Shown: positions 27,570-39,221 of the stretch, one piece after another
Layout of the letters: every line of letters starts with the position of its first letter
How positions within the stretch are numbered: position 1 is the stretch's first letter
NCBI GenBank assembly: GCA_026770705.1
Contig: JANJGN010000008.1
Location: forward strand, 171,368,001-171,432,000
Reading direction: 5' to 3'
Source: Isurus oxyrinchus
Lineage: Eukaryota
DNA length: 64,000 bases
Position numbers and translations under genes: made by a program
Notes under the pieces: model-generated
Seen by the model: the letters and a program-made list of their open reading frames with translations, nothing else
What the model was told of the DNA's origin: nothing
Database searches by the model: none

Positions 27570-28480
27570 TCCTCCACAAATCTAGCAGCTATGAAGGCCT
27601 CCCGAGCGTGGTCTGGCCAGTGCAGTGACCTCATCACCGCCATCCTCGCCTTTGAGGACCTCATCATCGTCATCCCCTTCGATGTCCCCCCTCGTCGGAG
27701 GACATGTGCAGCTCCTCCGTCTCCTCCTCAGCCAGGTCCTCCCCCCATTGCAGCGTCAGATTGTGGATGATGATGCGTGACACTCTCTGGGGACTGTTTT
27801 GCAGCACTTCACTGGACCTGTCGAGGCACCGGATCCTCATTTTCAATACGCCTATCGTTTGCTCCACCAAAGTCCAGGTTGCGGCATGAGCCTCGTTATA
27901 CTGTCACTGCTGCAGGATGTGTCTGTGGTGGTCACACAGCAGTTCAGTGAGTGGAAGCTCTTGCGGTTGAAGTAGTTGACTGCTTGTTGCCACAGAGATC
28001 TAAGCGCCACTTGAGTGCAGTAGATGGCACCCTGTACCTGTGGAAAACCTGAGACCTGCACAAATCTCATCAACCTTGCTTCCTGGCTTTCCTGATCCCA
28101 GGCAAAAATTGAGCGCCACGGTCACTTTTGTGGCCACTGGCATTGGATGCCCTCCATGTCCCCATGGCACCAAATCCTGAAGCAGGTGGCATATGTGACC
28201 AGTTCCCTAGACATGCGCAGTCTTTGGCAACACTGATTCTCAGTTATTTGCAGGAATGACAGGTGCTGTCTATAGACCCTGGGTCTAGCAAGGTGCTTAC
28301 GGTCGACACCTCGCTGTAGATCTTCAGCTGCATGCACAGCAGGCTCTCCCATCATCTTGAGGGAGATGCTCCTTCCTTTGCCAAGCCAGATGCCTTTGCC
28401 ACTCTCCTCTTTTTCTTCTCTTGTCTCTGGAAGCCATGATGCATACTACTAAATCACCAGGCTCCATAATCCTGATGTTC
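27570..28480 (-). pseudogene. HARBI1-like Harbinger DDE transposase pseudogene
   Basis: Fragments PRVYRQHLSFLQ..QRLRMSRE, GFPQVQGAIYCTQVAL..FNRKSFHSLN and VEQTIGVLKMRIRCLDRS match Harbinger motifs (GAIDCTH, NRKGFHS, IEQTIGLLKMRFRCL). The first catalytic D reads Y; there are internal deletions. Confidence 0.88.
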
Positions 28481-28619
28481 CCCTCCTGCAGGATCAAAAA
28501 GAGATGCTGGGTTAGCATGGGTGTACAATGAACCTCTCTTGGTTAAGTCATGCATGCAGGAGAGTGCTGGCTGCCACTTTGATAGCCAGGGCATAGTGCG
28601 CTCATTGACTGTCTGAAAC

Positions 28620-28945
28620 CCTGGTGGCATAGTGGTACTGTCACTGATTAGTTTTCCAGAGACCCAGGGTAATGCTCTGGTGGGATCGAATACCACCATG
28701 AAATTTGAATTCAATTAAAATCTGGAATTAAAAGTCTGATGACGAGCATGAAACCATTGCCGATTGTCATAAAAACCCATCTGGTTCACTAATGCCCTTA
28801 CCTGGTCTGGCCTACATGTGACTTCAGACCCACAGCAATGTGGTTGACTTTGAAATGCCCTCTGAACAAGGGCAATTAGGGCTGGGCAATAAATACAGGC
28901 CTAGCCAGTGACACCCACATCCCATGAACGAATTTTTAAAAACCC
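28620..28945 (+). mobile_element. tRNA-head SINE with LINE-derived tail
   Basis: A box tggcatagtgg, B-box-like gatcgaatacc, tail gggcaattagggctgggcaataaa...cccacatcccatgaa shared with the CR1-group LINEs here. Confidence 0.8.
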
Positions 28946-29457
28946 ACCTCCGCCCCACTCCACTTGACCAATTGGCAGCAGCTTTGGCCACTGGACTCCA
29001 TGCTGTGCTCTCAGCTCAGACGCCGGCATTCTGTTATCCTGCACTGAAGGGCTGCGCTCTTAGCTTGAACCATGAGCGATACTGGTCCAAACCTTAATAA
29101 AGACGTTGCAAGGGGCTGTGAGCTCCAGTGACTTCAAGCATGTCAATGGAGCTACAGCTGACCAGTCTCAGCTGTGGAAGAGTGCTCACTTTTGACAAGC
29201 TTTTCCAAGTGCATTGCCCTTCCCTCACCCACCCCCCCGCCCCCAAACCCCACATACCGACCCCCTTGAGTATTTACTTTCAGCCTTTGCTGCCTTGTCC
29301 CCTACCTCCCCCTCCCCCCCCAGCCTGACCCCTGACCTGCACTGGAGCCTTTGACCCAGCACTGCACTGAAAGCCAGCCGGGAAAAAGCGACTTGCCTAA
29401 GCCCCCTGCGAATGCGCGGCGCCTCTTCCTTGATGTCCTGCGGGTGATGCCTACAAG

Positions 29458-29458
<1 letters not shown>

Positions 29459-29488
<30 letters not shown>
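29459..29488. repeat. (GT)n microsatellite
   Basis: About 14 perfect GT units. Confidence 0.95.
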
Positions 29489-29490
<2 letters not shown>

Positions 29491-30599
29491 ACGTCTGAGT
29501 TCCACTCGAAGTTCAGCTCACCAGGTTCACGCCCTCTAAAGGCAGACGTCACGCACGCTGTTCTGAAGTCAGGCCAGCACGGGCAGTAATTTTGACCTGG
29601 GGGTTGATTCTGGCGAGCCGGGCTTATAATTAGATGCAAATGTATTAAAATTACATTCCTGACCCACGGCAGCGGGAAACGCCAGCCCACCATTGACGGG
29701 TGAAGCGGACAATCTCAAGCCGGTTTCATGATGGTGCAAAACCAATTTTTGGCCTTCTCACCATATTGTTTCCACCGCCCCCCCACCCTCCGCCATGATG
29801 CCCAACACCTAAACCTCAATAAGCCTATCACTCAAGTAACCCTGTGATGAATTGAAATCTGTTAAAATATTCCCTTACTTGCTTTATTCAGTTTTCCACT
29901 TTTCACGAAAATAATTTCTCGTGGAGTTATGCTCTTCAAGCCAAGGCTCAACATTTCTGACTGACCACTTACACCAGGCACTTCGATATTGTTAGTGGGC
30001 ACATTGGGTGCCATTCCTGACTGAAAAAGACATTTTTCTTCTCTCTCCAACTTCATTTTTTTAAACCTTGCCTTTGCCAGTTGCCTAGAAAGAAGCAAAG
30101 GAGTACTATGGGGAGCCTATTAAGAGCTCCCCAGTGCCATGAAAATGTTCTAACCTATAATGTGTTTCATCAATTAAAAATGAAAAATTCTCTGTGAATG
30201 ATATTCAAACCTAGCTTTCTTAACAATAATGATGTGAGGGTGCAAGTTCTCCGAGCTCTAACAATGGGGTAATTAATTACAATTTTAAAAATGATTTTGT
30301 GCATTAATGCAGTCTTAAAGTTGGGAAAGCACCAGAATGATGTTGAGAATTTCACTTAACCTGTAAAAGCTGTAAGGCACTATATGGGAAGCGATGAGGA
30401 ATTTCTGTGTTCTCATGCATGGATTGGAATATATTCGCACACAAGTTTGATAGGAACAATGTTGTCCAGTGCTTAGGATGGAAATCATGTGATTTTTATT
30501 CATGGTAGTGCATGTCAGTGGAGTGGGTTGAGATAGCACTGGTAAAACCTCCTGGAGTTCAATGTCAGATCAACACTTTAATTTGTTGTTGCCTTGTAG

Positions 30600-30790
30600 T
30601 AACCTCCAGATTCCATTCACCATTCCTTCACTGTCGCTGGGTCAAAATCCTGGAACTCCCTTTCTAACAACACATGGACTGCAGCGGTTCAAGAAGGTGG
30701 CTCACCACCACCACCTTAAGGTTAATCAGAGATGGGAAATCAATAGTGACCCTGCCAGTGACATCAAAATCACATGAATGAGTAAAAAAA
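30600..30790 (+). mobile_element. CR1-group LINE 3' tail
   Basis: Translates HGLQRFKKVAHHHHLK followed by the tail; another tail fragment lies at ~30990-31070. Confidence 0.75.
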
Positions 30791-31359
30791 GGATTGTTTA
30801 TTTTGCTGGATCTGATAATGGTCATTAGCTTAACAGTTCACTGCCCAAAAAATAGTATGTGACCCTGTTCTTTATGGGTGGGTGTATTTTTCAGGCATAA
30901 AACAGTACAAAGCAGACCAATTTAGTAGGCATGAAGCCCATTGTTTAAGTGTTCCAGGTGGCTACTTAAAACAAGCATTGACCCCTTGGCTCTTTCTCAA
31001 GGGCAATTAGGGATGGGCAATAAATGCTGTCCTTGTTAGTGACACTCACGTCCTGTGAATATTTTAAAAAGTGCTAATGAGCTACCTAATGCCTCTTGAA
31101 GGACCCTTCTACAAAATTTGTTACTCCTAAGTGGGGCAGGTGTCAGGCCTGTCCTGTTCAGGATTCTTTCCCTGCGAAAGCCAAATAAAAGTATGTTTGT
31201 TTATATGATTTTTTTAAGTAGTAAATGCCGCCCACCGCCCAACTCCACAGTCCTTGCAATTTACCCCCTCCCCACCCCATGGCCCAATCCCCATTGTCCA
31301 CTGCATCCTCCCTCCCTGAATCTTAACTGATAGCTGCGCCAGCAAGGCAAACTTTGTGA

Positions 31360-31570
31360 AAGTGACTTTCTCACCGGCAAGTTGCCTGTAGAGGAGGTGA
31401 CTGGTGCTGGCAGCTCAACCCAAACTTGGTTCGGTTGTACAATGGGCACAGACAGAATTCCACACAATGATGTTTATGGAGATCCTAGACCTGTATTTAG
31501 CTTGTTCTCAGTGATGAGAGACATATGCAGTCGTTGGTCCATTGTAAGAGTTGGAAGAGTTTCTCTCAAA
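31360..31570 (+). mobile_element. Possible decayed RTE-clade LINE fragment
   Basis: WFGCTMGTDRIPHNDVYGD resembles the RTE C-terminal WxGHVxRMxDxRIPKxxLYGE. Confidence 0.4.
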
Positions 31571-34500
31571 GATTTGAATTCCTATCGGTAAAAGTCAGAA
31601 GTTCCCAATTCCATAGAACGTGACTGTAATAGTTTGCTGACTTATTTTGGAAACAAGCAATATAGTGCAGAGGAGAGAGAATACTTTCAATATAAATTTT
31701 CTCTTTCAGTGTAATAACTCAAATCTATATGCATGTTCCAATGAACTGACCACTGGAAAATTACATGGTGAACCCAGCAACGTGTAAGCTGTTCCATTAC
31801 ACAAAGCCAGAAAGCAAGTTTTGAAATTGCATGTGCTTTTAATATAACTTATTAAAGGTTATTGTTTGAAGTACTGGTTTTAGCATAACTTAGTAAGGCT
31901 TATTGTTTGGAAGACTGACTGGCTGTTTTAAAAGTCAATTATTCATAAACATTACATTTTCTTCATTGATTCTTAAAATGCACTATTGACACAAATGTAA
32001 ACTTGATAGCAGTGAAACCACACAATCTTACCTTAGATTGAAAAATGCTAGGTCGTCAGCTGCCTAGTTCTTGAGAAGTTAAAAATTATGCAAGCAGTCA
32101 TGTGCCAGAGGTGCCCTTGAGGGTTTTACTCTCTGAATTTCCAACAGTTGCACTTCGTTAGGAGCCTGGTGGTGTTTAATAAGGAGGTTGGACTGCTGGC
32201 ACCTCCACTGCTTATTTGTTCTCGGAGGGCTCCAGGGCTGCTGCAGTAAGCAGATCGGCCAGAGCTGATCATTACAAGGGCATACGCTGCCATGAATAAA
32301 AATGTCACAGGATTTCTGTCCTAAGCAGTGGAAAATGTCATTTCTGTCAAACAGATATTACAGGACTAGTGTGTAGTCGGTACAAATTGGTTAGTTGCAT
32401 GTTCCCTGAGTTTTTGACATTCATAGATTAAGTCTGAAGAAAAAACAATGTTGACCTATTTATCTGTTATTGCTGATGTATATTCTTTTTTGCATGAAGA
32501 AGCATTTGTCAACTACTAATTAAAATTTTTTTGGTAAAAAGTGAAGTAAGGTGATTTGTTCATGCTGACAGCAAGTATTTGACTAACCAATACAAGTGGG
32601 ATATTGCAGGTGTTTTCTGTAATATCCCATACACTGATAATGATACATTGATAATGAGTTTTTTTAATGGCTCACAGTTTGTCCAGCCAGGGCCCAGCTT
32701 TTTACCTTCTCTCTGACTGTAGCTGAAGGAGAAGAAATCCATACAATTTTGAAGTTAATTGATAGAGGTATCTTCATCATTTGTTCTGAGCAGGCCACCA
32801 TATTAGGTGTTGGACCTTAATGAAGTAAATCGTCTTGAGGTAGACTTGACCCTTTGACCTCTATTTCCTTTGGAAACGTACCTCCTGCTGACTGAGCATA
32901 AACAAGGAAAAGCAAATGCTGAATACTCATGGTCATCTTCCTAGCTCATGGAGAGCGTTTAAGCAGATTGAAGTTAAATGACGGGGAAAGGGAAAAAAAG
33001 TATCAGAGCAAGTATGATGCTACAAAAAATTGCAGGCTAATATCAGAGAAAAAAATGTATTTTCTTAGAACCAATCCTGGCTGGGTCCTTTGATTATATT
33101 CTCAACAGCATTGCCAGTGTAACCCTGGCTATTGATGAGGTAATATGGTGAATAAAGTGAGCGCTCAGTCTCATGGCTGTGTTTGCTTTTGTGATCAGAA
33201 TTAGCCAGTGTAATAGGAGGCAATGTGAATTTTTAATTTAAATTCCTATTTTGGTTAAGCAAAATTCTGACGGTAAGGGAAACATAACCAGTCTATTTCC
33301 TTTATGGATGTTGACATGACCTGCTATTTTTAGTATTTTTTCTGTCTATTTTTTAATAGTAAGGTTTAGCTTCGTACAATTAAATTGCAACTATGCTATT
33401 ATTTGACCGTTGGAAGATTTAGTGCCTAGCAAACTTGTTCGCAAGATCGGATGCTTGCATTTGTAGCCCATGGCCAACAGATTATTTTTCTCCTGTTGAT
33501 AGGTGTTTGCCTCTGTGGCATAAGTCAACAAATTTCACCGCTTAACCAGCTTTGGAGAAGTTAATTTCTGTCTTTGGACAGAAAATTTGCTGTAGTTGGG
33601 CATCTAATGAATGACATTAGCCATTAAATGGACTGGCCCTTCCATGTTTAGATTTTTAAGTTCTTTGCTCATGTTTCTGAAAGTGAGAACTGATAACTCA
33701 TCAGGAAACTCAGGGCATTTAGGACCTGAGTGAATAGCAGGAACAACTGTGTTCCTCCTTAATGAGTAGATTGAAGAATTGTGAAATTAGCAACATATGG
33801 ACTGATAGGGAAATGTGAAATAGAAGGCATGAATTCGATGTCAATCAGGTACACAAAGGGAAAGAAAAGCTAGATTAAGAGACAGAAGAAGAGACAAAGT
33901 TTTAAAAAAGTATAAATTTTGCTTTTTTAAAATCTCCAACAACAATCAAAACCTGAAGGAGTGAGACTCCATTCTTATAATAGTTCATTTAATCACACGT
34001 GCCTCTCACCTGAAGTTGTTGTATCATTTGTGCATAAATAGCAGCAAGTGTCATTAACTCCCTATTATTTTGACAAGAAAATCTGAACCACTGATGCGTA
34101 GAACTCCTCTCTGCCCCTAATTCTTGCTTCAATGTAATGCTTTGTGGCTATTGCACCTTTTGCCTACCTGATATGAACCTTCGGGCTTTGGGCTTCACAG
34201 AATTTGCAGGATGCCCTATTTTCCCATGGGAGATTTGGAGGCACCACACCGCACACATACCCGGTCTCATTTTAATATTTAAATTTTACTGAAAATTACC
34301 CTATTTTAAATTTTACATCTTTGAACAAAGCTCTGCTCACAGCCCTTGCTCACCCATAAAAGTTGGGCGAGGCTTACGCTGACTTCTTATAGGAAGGAGG
34401 TAGGTTTTTGATACTTTAGTGGGTTTTTATGTACCCTTTGCTGCATGTTGCACTCTACAGTGCAAAAAAAAGTATCAAACTGTAACTATGTAATCTTCTA

Positions 34501-34902
34501 GGAATAGAAAGCAGCCAGTGGGGAAAAATGACTGCTAACTCAGGAAAAACACTGGAAAATTCCCCTCATTTCTGTGGCAATCGAGCAAAGTGGCAGGAGA
34601 CTGTACTAGCCCAGTACCCCTCATGGCCTCATTTAACCAGTACTAACCCTCAATAATTGAAAATGCCTTCCTCGCTTGGGAGCCTGTCAAGTTCTCCTTT
34701 AATGTCACACTGTACAACGTTTTGAATGAACTACATAATTGAAATGAAGGACAGGAGGTTCTCAAGCTACATCTCCTGAGTCAAATTGGTCATAGCTGTC
34801 AGTACCCAGGGACTTACATTTATAGACTCCCTCCACTTGTATCTTGGACGTGTTAGAGCGGATATGTTTTTGTCATCTCCAGTTTACTGCTTTAATCACT
34901 GA

Positions 34903-34960
34903 CCACCCCCCACCCCACCCCCCCCACCCCCCCCCCCCCCCCCCCCCCCCCCCCTGCCCC
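34903..34960. repeat. Poly-C / C-rich tract
   Basis: caccccccaccccaccccccccac followed by a long C homopolymer. Confidence 0.9.
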
Positions 34961-35491
34961 TTGCATTCAGCTGACGCTGGCGCTTTTTACTGCAGGTTGG
35001 TTTTCAGCTCCAAAAGAGCCAACTTGCCTTGGTGCACCTCCTACAGGAGGACTCCTAAATCTTCAGTATCAAGGTAAACATTGTTGCCCATCTCCACAGT
35101 GCTTTTCTGAGCAACTGTACCATTTTCTGTCATCATCATGATTTACCCTTTACGGCAAACTGCAGTCTTCTAAGAGCTGCCACTTCACCAGATTTTGAGC
35201 TGGAGGCCTGATGCTCTGGGCACACTTCTGTATCTGTACCCTCTTCAAATTAGGGGAAATAGATTCACATTGTATATTTTGGCACAATACACCACCTGTG
35301 CTACTACATTAAGTGCACTCATGCCACAGCACATGCTTCACCAATTTTACAGGAATCATAAAATGAAGGCTGTATTATTTCAAATTAAATCCACTTAATA
35401 GTTAGGAGTATACTCACACTACTGAGTTGCCAACATCTAAAGGGAAGTGTCAGATGAATGCCAGGCATTTTTCCATCAAGGGCTGATGTAT

Positions 35492-35691
35492 AAGAGATAA
35501 GAACAAAAAAACTGCGGATGCTGGAAATCCAAAACAAAAACAAAAACAGAATTACCTGGAAAAACTCAGCAGGTCTGGCAGCATCGGCGGAGAAGAAAAG
35601 AGTTGACGTTTCGAGTCCTCATGACCCTTCGACAGAACTCAGCTGCCAGACCTGCTGAGTTTTTCCAGGTAATTCTGTTTTTGTTTTTGTT
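35492..35691 (-). mobile_element. Penelope-type short hairpin insertion with 14-bp TSD
   Basis: Flanked by aagggctgatgtat (35478-35491, 35692-35705); internal inverted repeat; nearly identical to 52708-52974. Confidence 0.8.
35600..35640 (-). ncRNA. Minimal type I hammerhead ribozyme-like motif (A6U core)
   Basis: GAGUU CUGUCGA A GGGUC AUGAG GACUC GAAA CG UC AACUC: 5-bp stem I, 5-bp stem II, palindromic ACGU stem III, GUC triplet. Confidence 0.7.
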
Positions 35692-38600
35692 AAGGGCTGA
35701 TGTATGTTGGACAACCATGTGCATCACGACCGGCTAGCAGATTGCAGAAGGGCATTTATAGCGGCCTGTAAGTTGCTTGCATTCTGTGAAGGGGTAATGG
35801 TCGGGAGCAGAAGGAATACAGTGAATAGCCCAAAGACCTCGAAGACATATGAGGAAATTATAAAGGAACTGAAAAATGTAATATGGATAATCATTCTCCT
35901 CTAGCATCACTTCTTAGACTCCTGCTTCCTAAAATATAAATCACTTTGATTAAATGAAAAGTCTGCTTATAGTGAATATAAGCTCTACCTCTATATTGAT
36001 ATCTATCTATGTATCATTTGTCATAGTTACTTTACATTTGTCATAGTTACTTTTCTGCACTCCTAAACAAATAATGCGCATTGCTGAACAAATTAAACTT
36101 CAAGTCTAAATTTATTTTGACTGTTGCACTGACAGGCATAATGGAGTAAAGCCAGGGCAGATCTATAACATATAGCTGAATTTAATTTTCATTGTTCCAG
36201 AAATTTGAAAGATCTGAAATGCAGTCTTGACTTTTGTTTTAAAATAACACACTTCACTGAGCCTCTTTGCTATTAGGGCTGTTATTTGGCACTACTGCAT
36301 GATGCACAGACTGAGGCAGATTACTAATAAACCCTTTCAAGCATCACTAAAAATAGACTTCTTTTTTTCTTCAGTTTTTATTGGTAAGCTGCTCATTGTA
36401 ACAATTAATTAAAATGTTACTTGAAATGTATGACATGGTATCATTTCTGTCATGCAAATGTAATAAATGATTCTTCACATATTTCTAATACTGAGTTTAT
36501 AAACCAGAATAAAGCCTACAGAATTGCAGAGCCTCAGGTCATTTACGAAGACGGAACTAAGGAAAGAAAAACTTATTAGCAATTTTATACCCAAAATATA
36601 GCCTTGTCCTCGAAGGGTTTTATTAAATCCAGATGAAATCTGACCCTGTGCAGTTTGTGGATGAAGTCCCAAAGCATTGCTGGGGGGGAAATAAATCTCA
36701 GACCATTCCTCCAGTAAACTTATGCTTCATTTCCTGTTAGGCTAAATGATTGTGTGAAAATTGTATTTCCACCTGTTTATATTCAAAGCTCTCTAGGTTG
36801 TTTTGCAACATAGAAGGTTATTAATATTTGGGAACAGTGAAGAACACCCTACCTTTTGGGAAAATTAAAAGTACACATTCTCGGGAAGAAAAGTCTCGTC
36901 CTTTCCCTAAGCTAAAATAATTTATTCTTACAATCATCTTCGATAATTAAATTGGCAATCTGTTTTGGGTTTATTTTGAGATTCAATTTTTAATTTTTTT
37001 TTCATCCTTAAGTAGCTTGATTTTAGTCAGTTATTTGGAGAAGGCATTGGGTTAAACAACTTGCTTCTAAAAAACCAATGTTCAAACCTAATGAATGATA
37101 ATTATACAGTATTGGGAAAATGTACATTTGGTCATAGTATGAGTTGGAATTTAATGATCTCTGACATGAGAGTGTTTGTTGCAATAGTTTATATTTTATT
37201 GGTATTGTTTTCATTTTCTCATAGCCTCTTAAAGTACCTGAATATAGAAGCAATATTTGTACTTGAAATGCAGTAAGTTTTGTACATAGGTAAATAGACC
37301 ATTAACATCTCAAAAACAGCTTTGGGATGGTTGATCAGTTACTCCGTCTTTAGTGGTATTCGCTGGAAGCTTGATATTGGCCCGGATATTGGGAGAAGTT
37401 CCTGTTGTATGCCTAGTACTGCAGCTTCTTTAACCTACATCTGAACAGAAAGACCTCATTTTTCCTTACCATCTGAAGAACTGCATTTCTGACAATGCAG
37501 CCCTCTTCAGTACTGTCTAGAGTATCAGTACAGACTTTGAGGTTAAACTCCAGCAGGATAAGGTCCTACTTCTACCTTATCATCAGTGCCCAAAGTTTCA
37601 TTGATACAAAATGCAGCATAACTTGGAAATTAGGTCAATGATTTGACCCCTGAGTGCATTCTCATGCTGAGTGCTATAATGCATACCTGGTGTGAAACTA
37701 TATTTTAAAAGTTTTCAATTAACCCGCTGGTCTGCCTGGTGACATTCTTTAAACTTAAATCATCCAGGCTGTACTCACATTAAAAATCAGCTGCCTGAAA
37801 AGTAAAAACCCAACCATCTACTTTATCACTAACTTGAGTTAAACCCACAGCGCAAGATGTTCCTAGCATTATAGCTCAGATTTGCCTTGCACAGATACCA
37901 CAGGACTTTAGCTATAGGACTGAAAACACAATCGGGGTGTGGAATAAGCATGTTTCCCAATGCCTGTGCTAATTACTATGCTACGGTCCGGGAAACTCAC
38001 CCTTTTCCCTATTAAGAGACATGGGGTAGGAGTGCTGTTTTTGCATTTATTTTGTTGGCCTTAGATTTGAAGAATAATTGCATGATGTAGCAGGGAAAAA
38101 AAAATCAACATTGGAAGCTACTAAAAGTGTTTTGAACAAAGTGAAAAGAAATGGGTCAAGTGTGTCCACATTAAAGAGTAACCAAGGATCAAGTGGAGAG
38201 GAAAGAGGAGGTGAGTGTGAATTATACATGATTAGAAAGATTGGTCCATTTTATCTTTTGTGAAGATGGAGATGTTGCAGTTCTTGCATTCTCCATTGTT
38301 GCTGCTAAGGCATCTTAAACAGGATCACATTTTAGGGAAGACTACATCAATTTTCTGATGTAAAATCTTCTGCTCTTCCACAGATGGAGTGCTCAGTTAA
38401 TGCAAACATACAGTCAAGTGGTCTGGCTAAACCTAGTAAAAGTCAACATTGAGGAAACTATACAAAACATATTAAAGCCCAAGTATCTTAAAGGAGTGCA
38501 TTTCAACTTTAGTAATTTTATGATGGAAAACCAGCATGTGTTATTACAGTATAACTCCCAGCTTCCCTTGTATGAATACTGGATGTCATCCCCAGTAATC

Positions 38601-39161
38601 CAACATAGTGACATTACAATGACAAGCCAGGCTGTGAGTATCACAGAAATAGAACAAAATCCAAATAAATTCCGTTCAGGAAAATTTCAATCTTTATTTC
38701 CACAAAACTAAATAGATTTAAATCATGATGTCTGCATGAGCTACTTAATTTGATGAGTACTGTACTCATGATTTGAATAAAAATAATTGTGGAGCTCTGT
38801 AGCTTTACATGGAAGTGACACGTCTTACAAAATTATGTATATGTATGTAAGAATTTTCACTGTGGGTTTTGACTGTTTGGTTTTTTTTATTCCTTTCTCT
38901 TGCTCCATAATTAAAAATAATGCCTTTTTCAAAGTTGGTACAGGATAAATTATTTAAAAATATGTAAAAGTTTGTTATTGCTAGAGCCTATTGTGTCAGA
39001 TCAAATTCTTGGTATGAATATACGTATCTGGGATAATGAACTCTCAACATGTGCAAATTTCAAAATTGTGTTATTTTATAGTTGCTTGCTATGTTTGTTT
39101 TTATTTTAATTGAAATGGAGGATGCTTCTGTTCTGATGTTTAAGTTTCCACTTTGATACAG

Positions 39162-39221
39162 CCAGAGAGAGTCCCTCCACCTCGCCCTCCTCCTCCAAAG
39201 ATAAACAGTGCTACTTTGCCC
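39162..39221 (+). CDS. DENND1A: Probable DENND1A cassette exon (PERVPPPRPPPPKINSATLP)
   Basis: tttgatacag|cca ... ccc|gtgagt, 60 nt, phase 0 matching the flanking exons, no stop. Resembles the RPPPKI-containing optional segment recalled at this position in mammalian DENND1A isoforms. Confidence 0.75.

Larger units (their letters stand above)
26889..29810 (-). mobile_element. Decayed PIF/Harbinger transposon complex
   Basis: Starts near taa-tgggcagaatt, GC-rich, contains transposase remnants and a nested SINE. The right TIR is not found; it may be two fused elements. Confidence 0.65.

Noticed and set aside
27570-28480. Domesticated HARBI1 gene
   Set aside because: Frameshifts, internal deletions and a lost catalytic Asp show a dead transposon copy.
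28620-28700. tRNA gene
   Set aside because: The A/B boxes belong to a SINE head; no cloverleaf, and it continues into SINE body and LINE tail.
34844-35077. Polyproline ORF
   Set aside because: Produced by a poly-C tract; homopolymer length may also be unreliable.
36015-36054. 20-bp tandem duplication catttgtcatagttacttt
   Set aside because: Ordinary slippage duplication with no sign of function.
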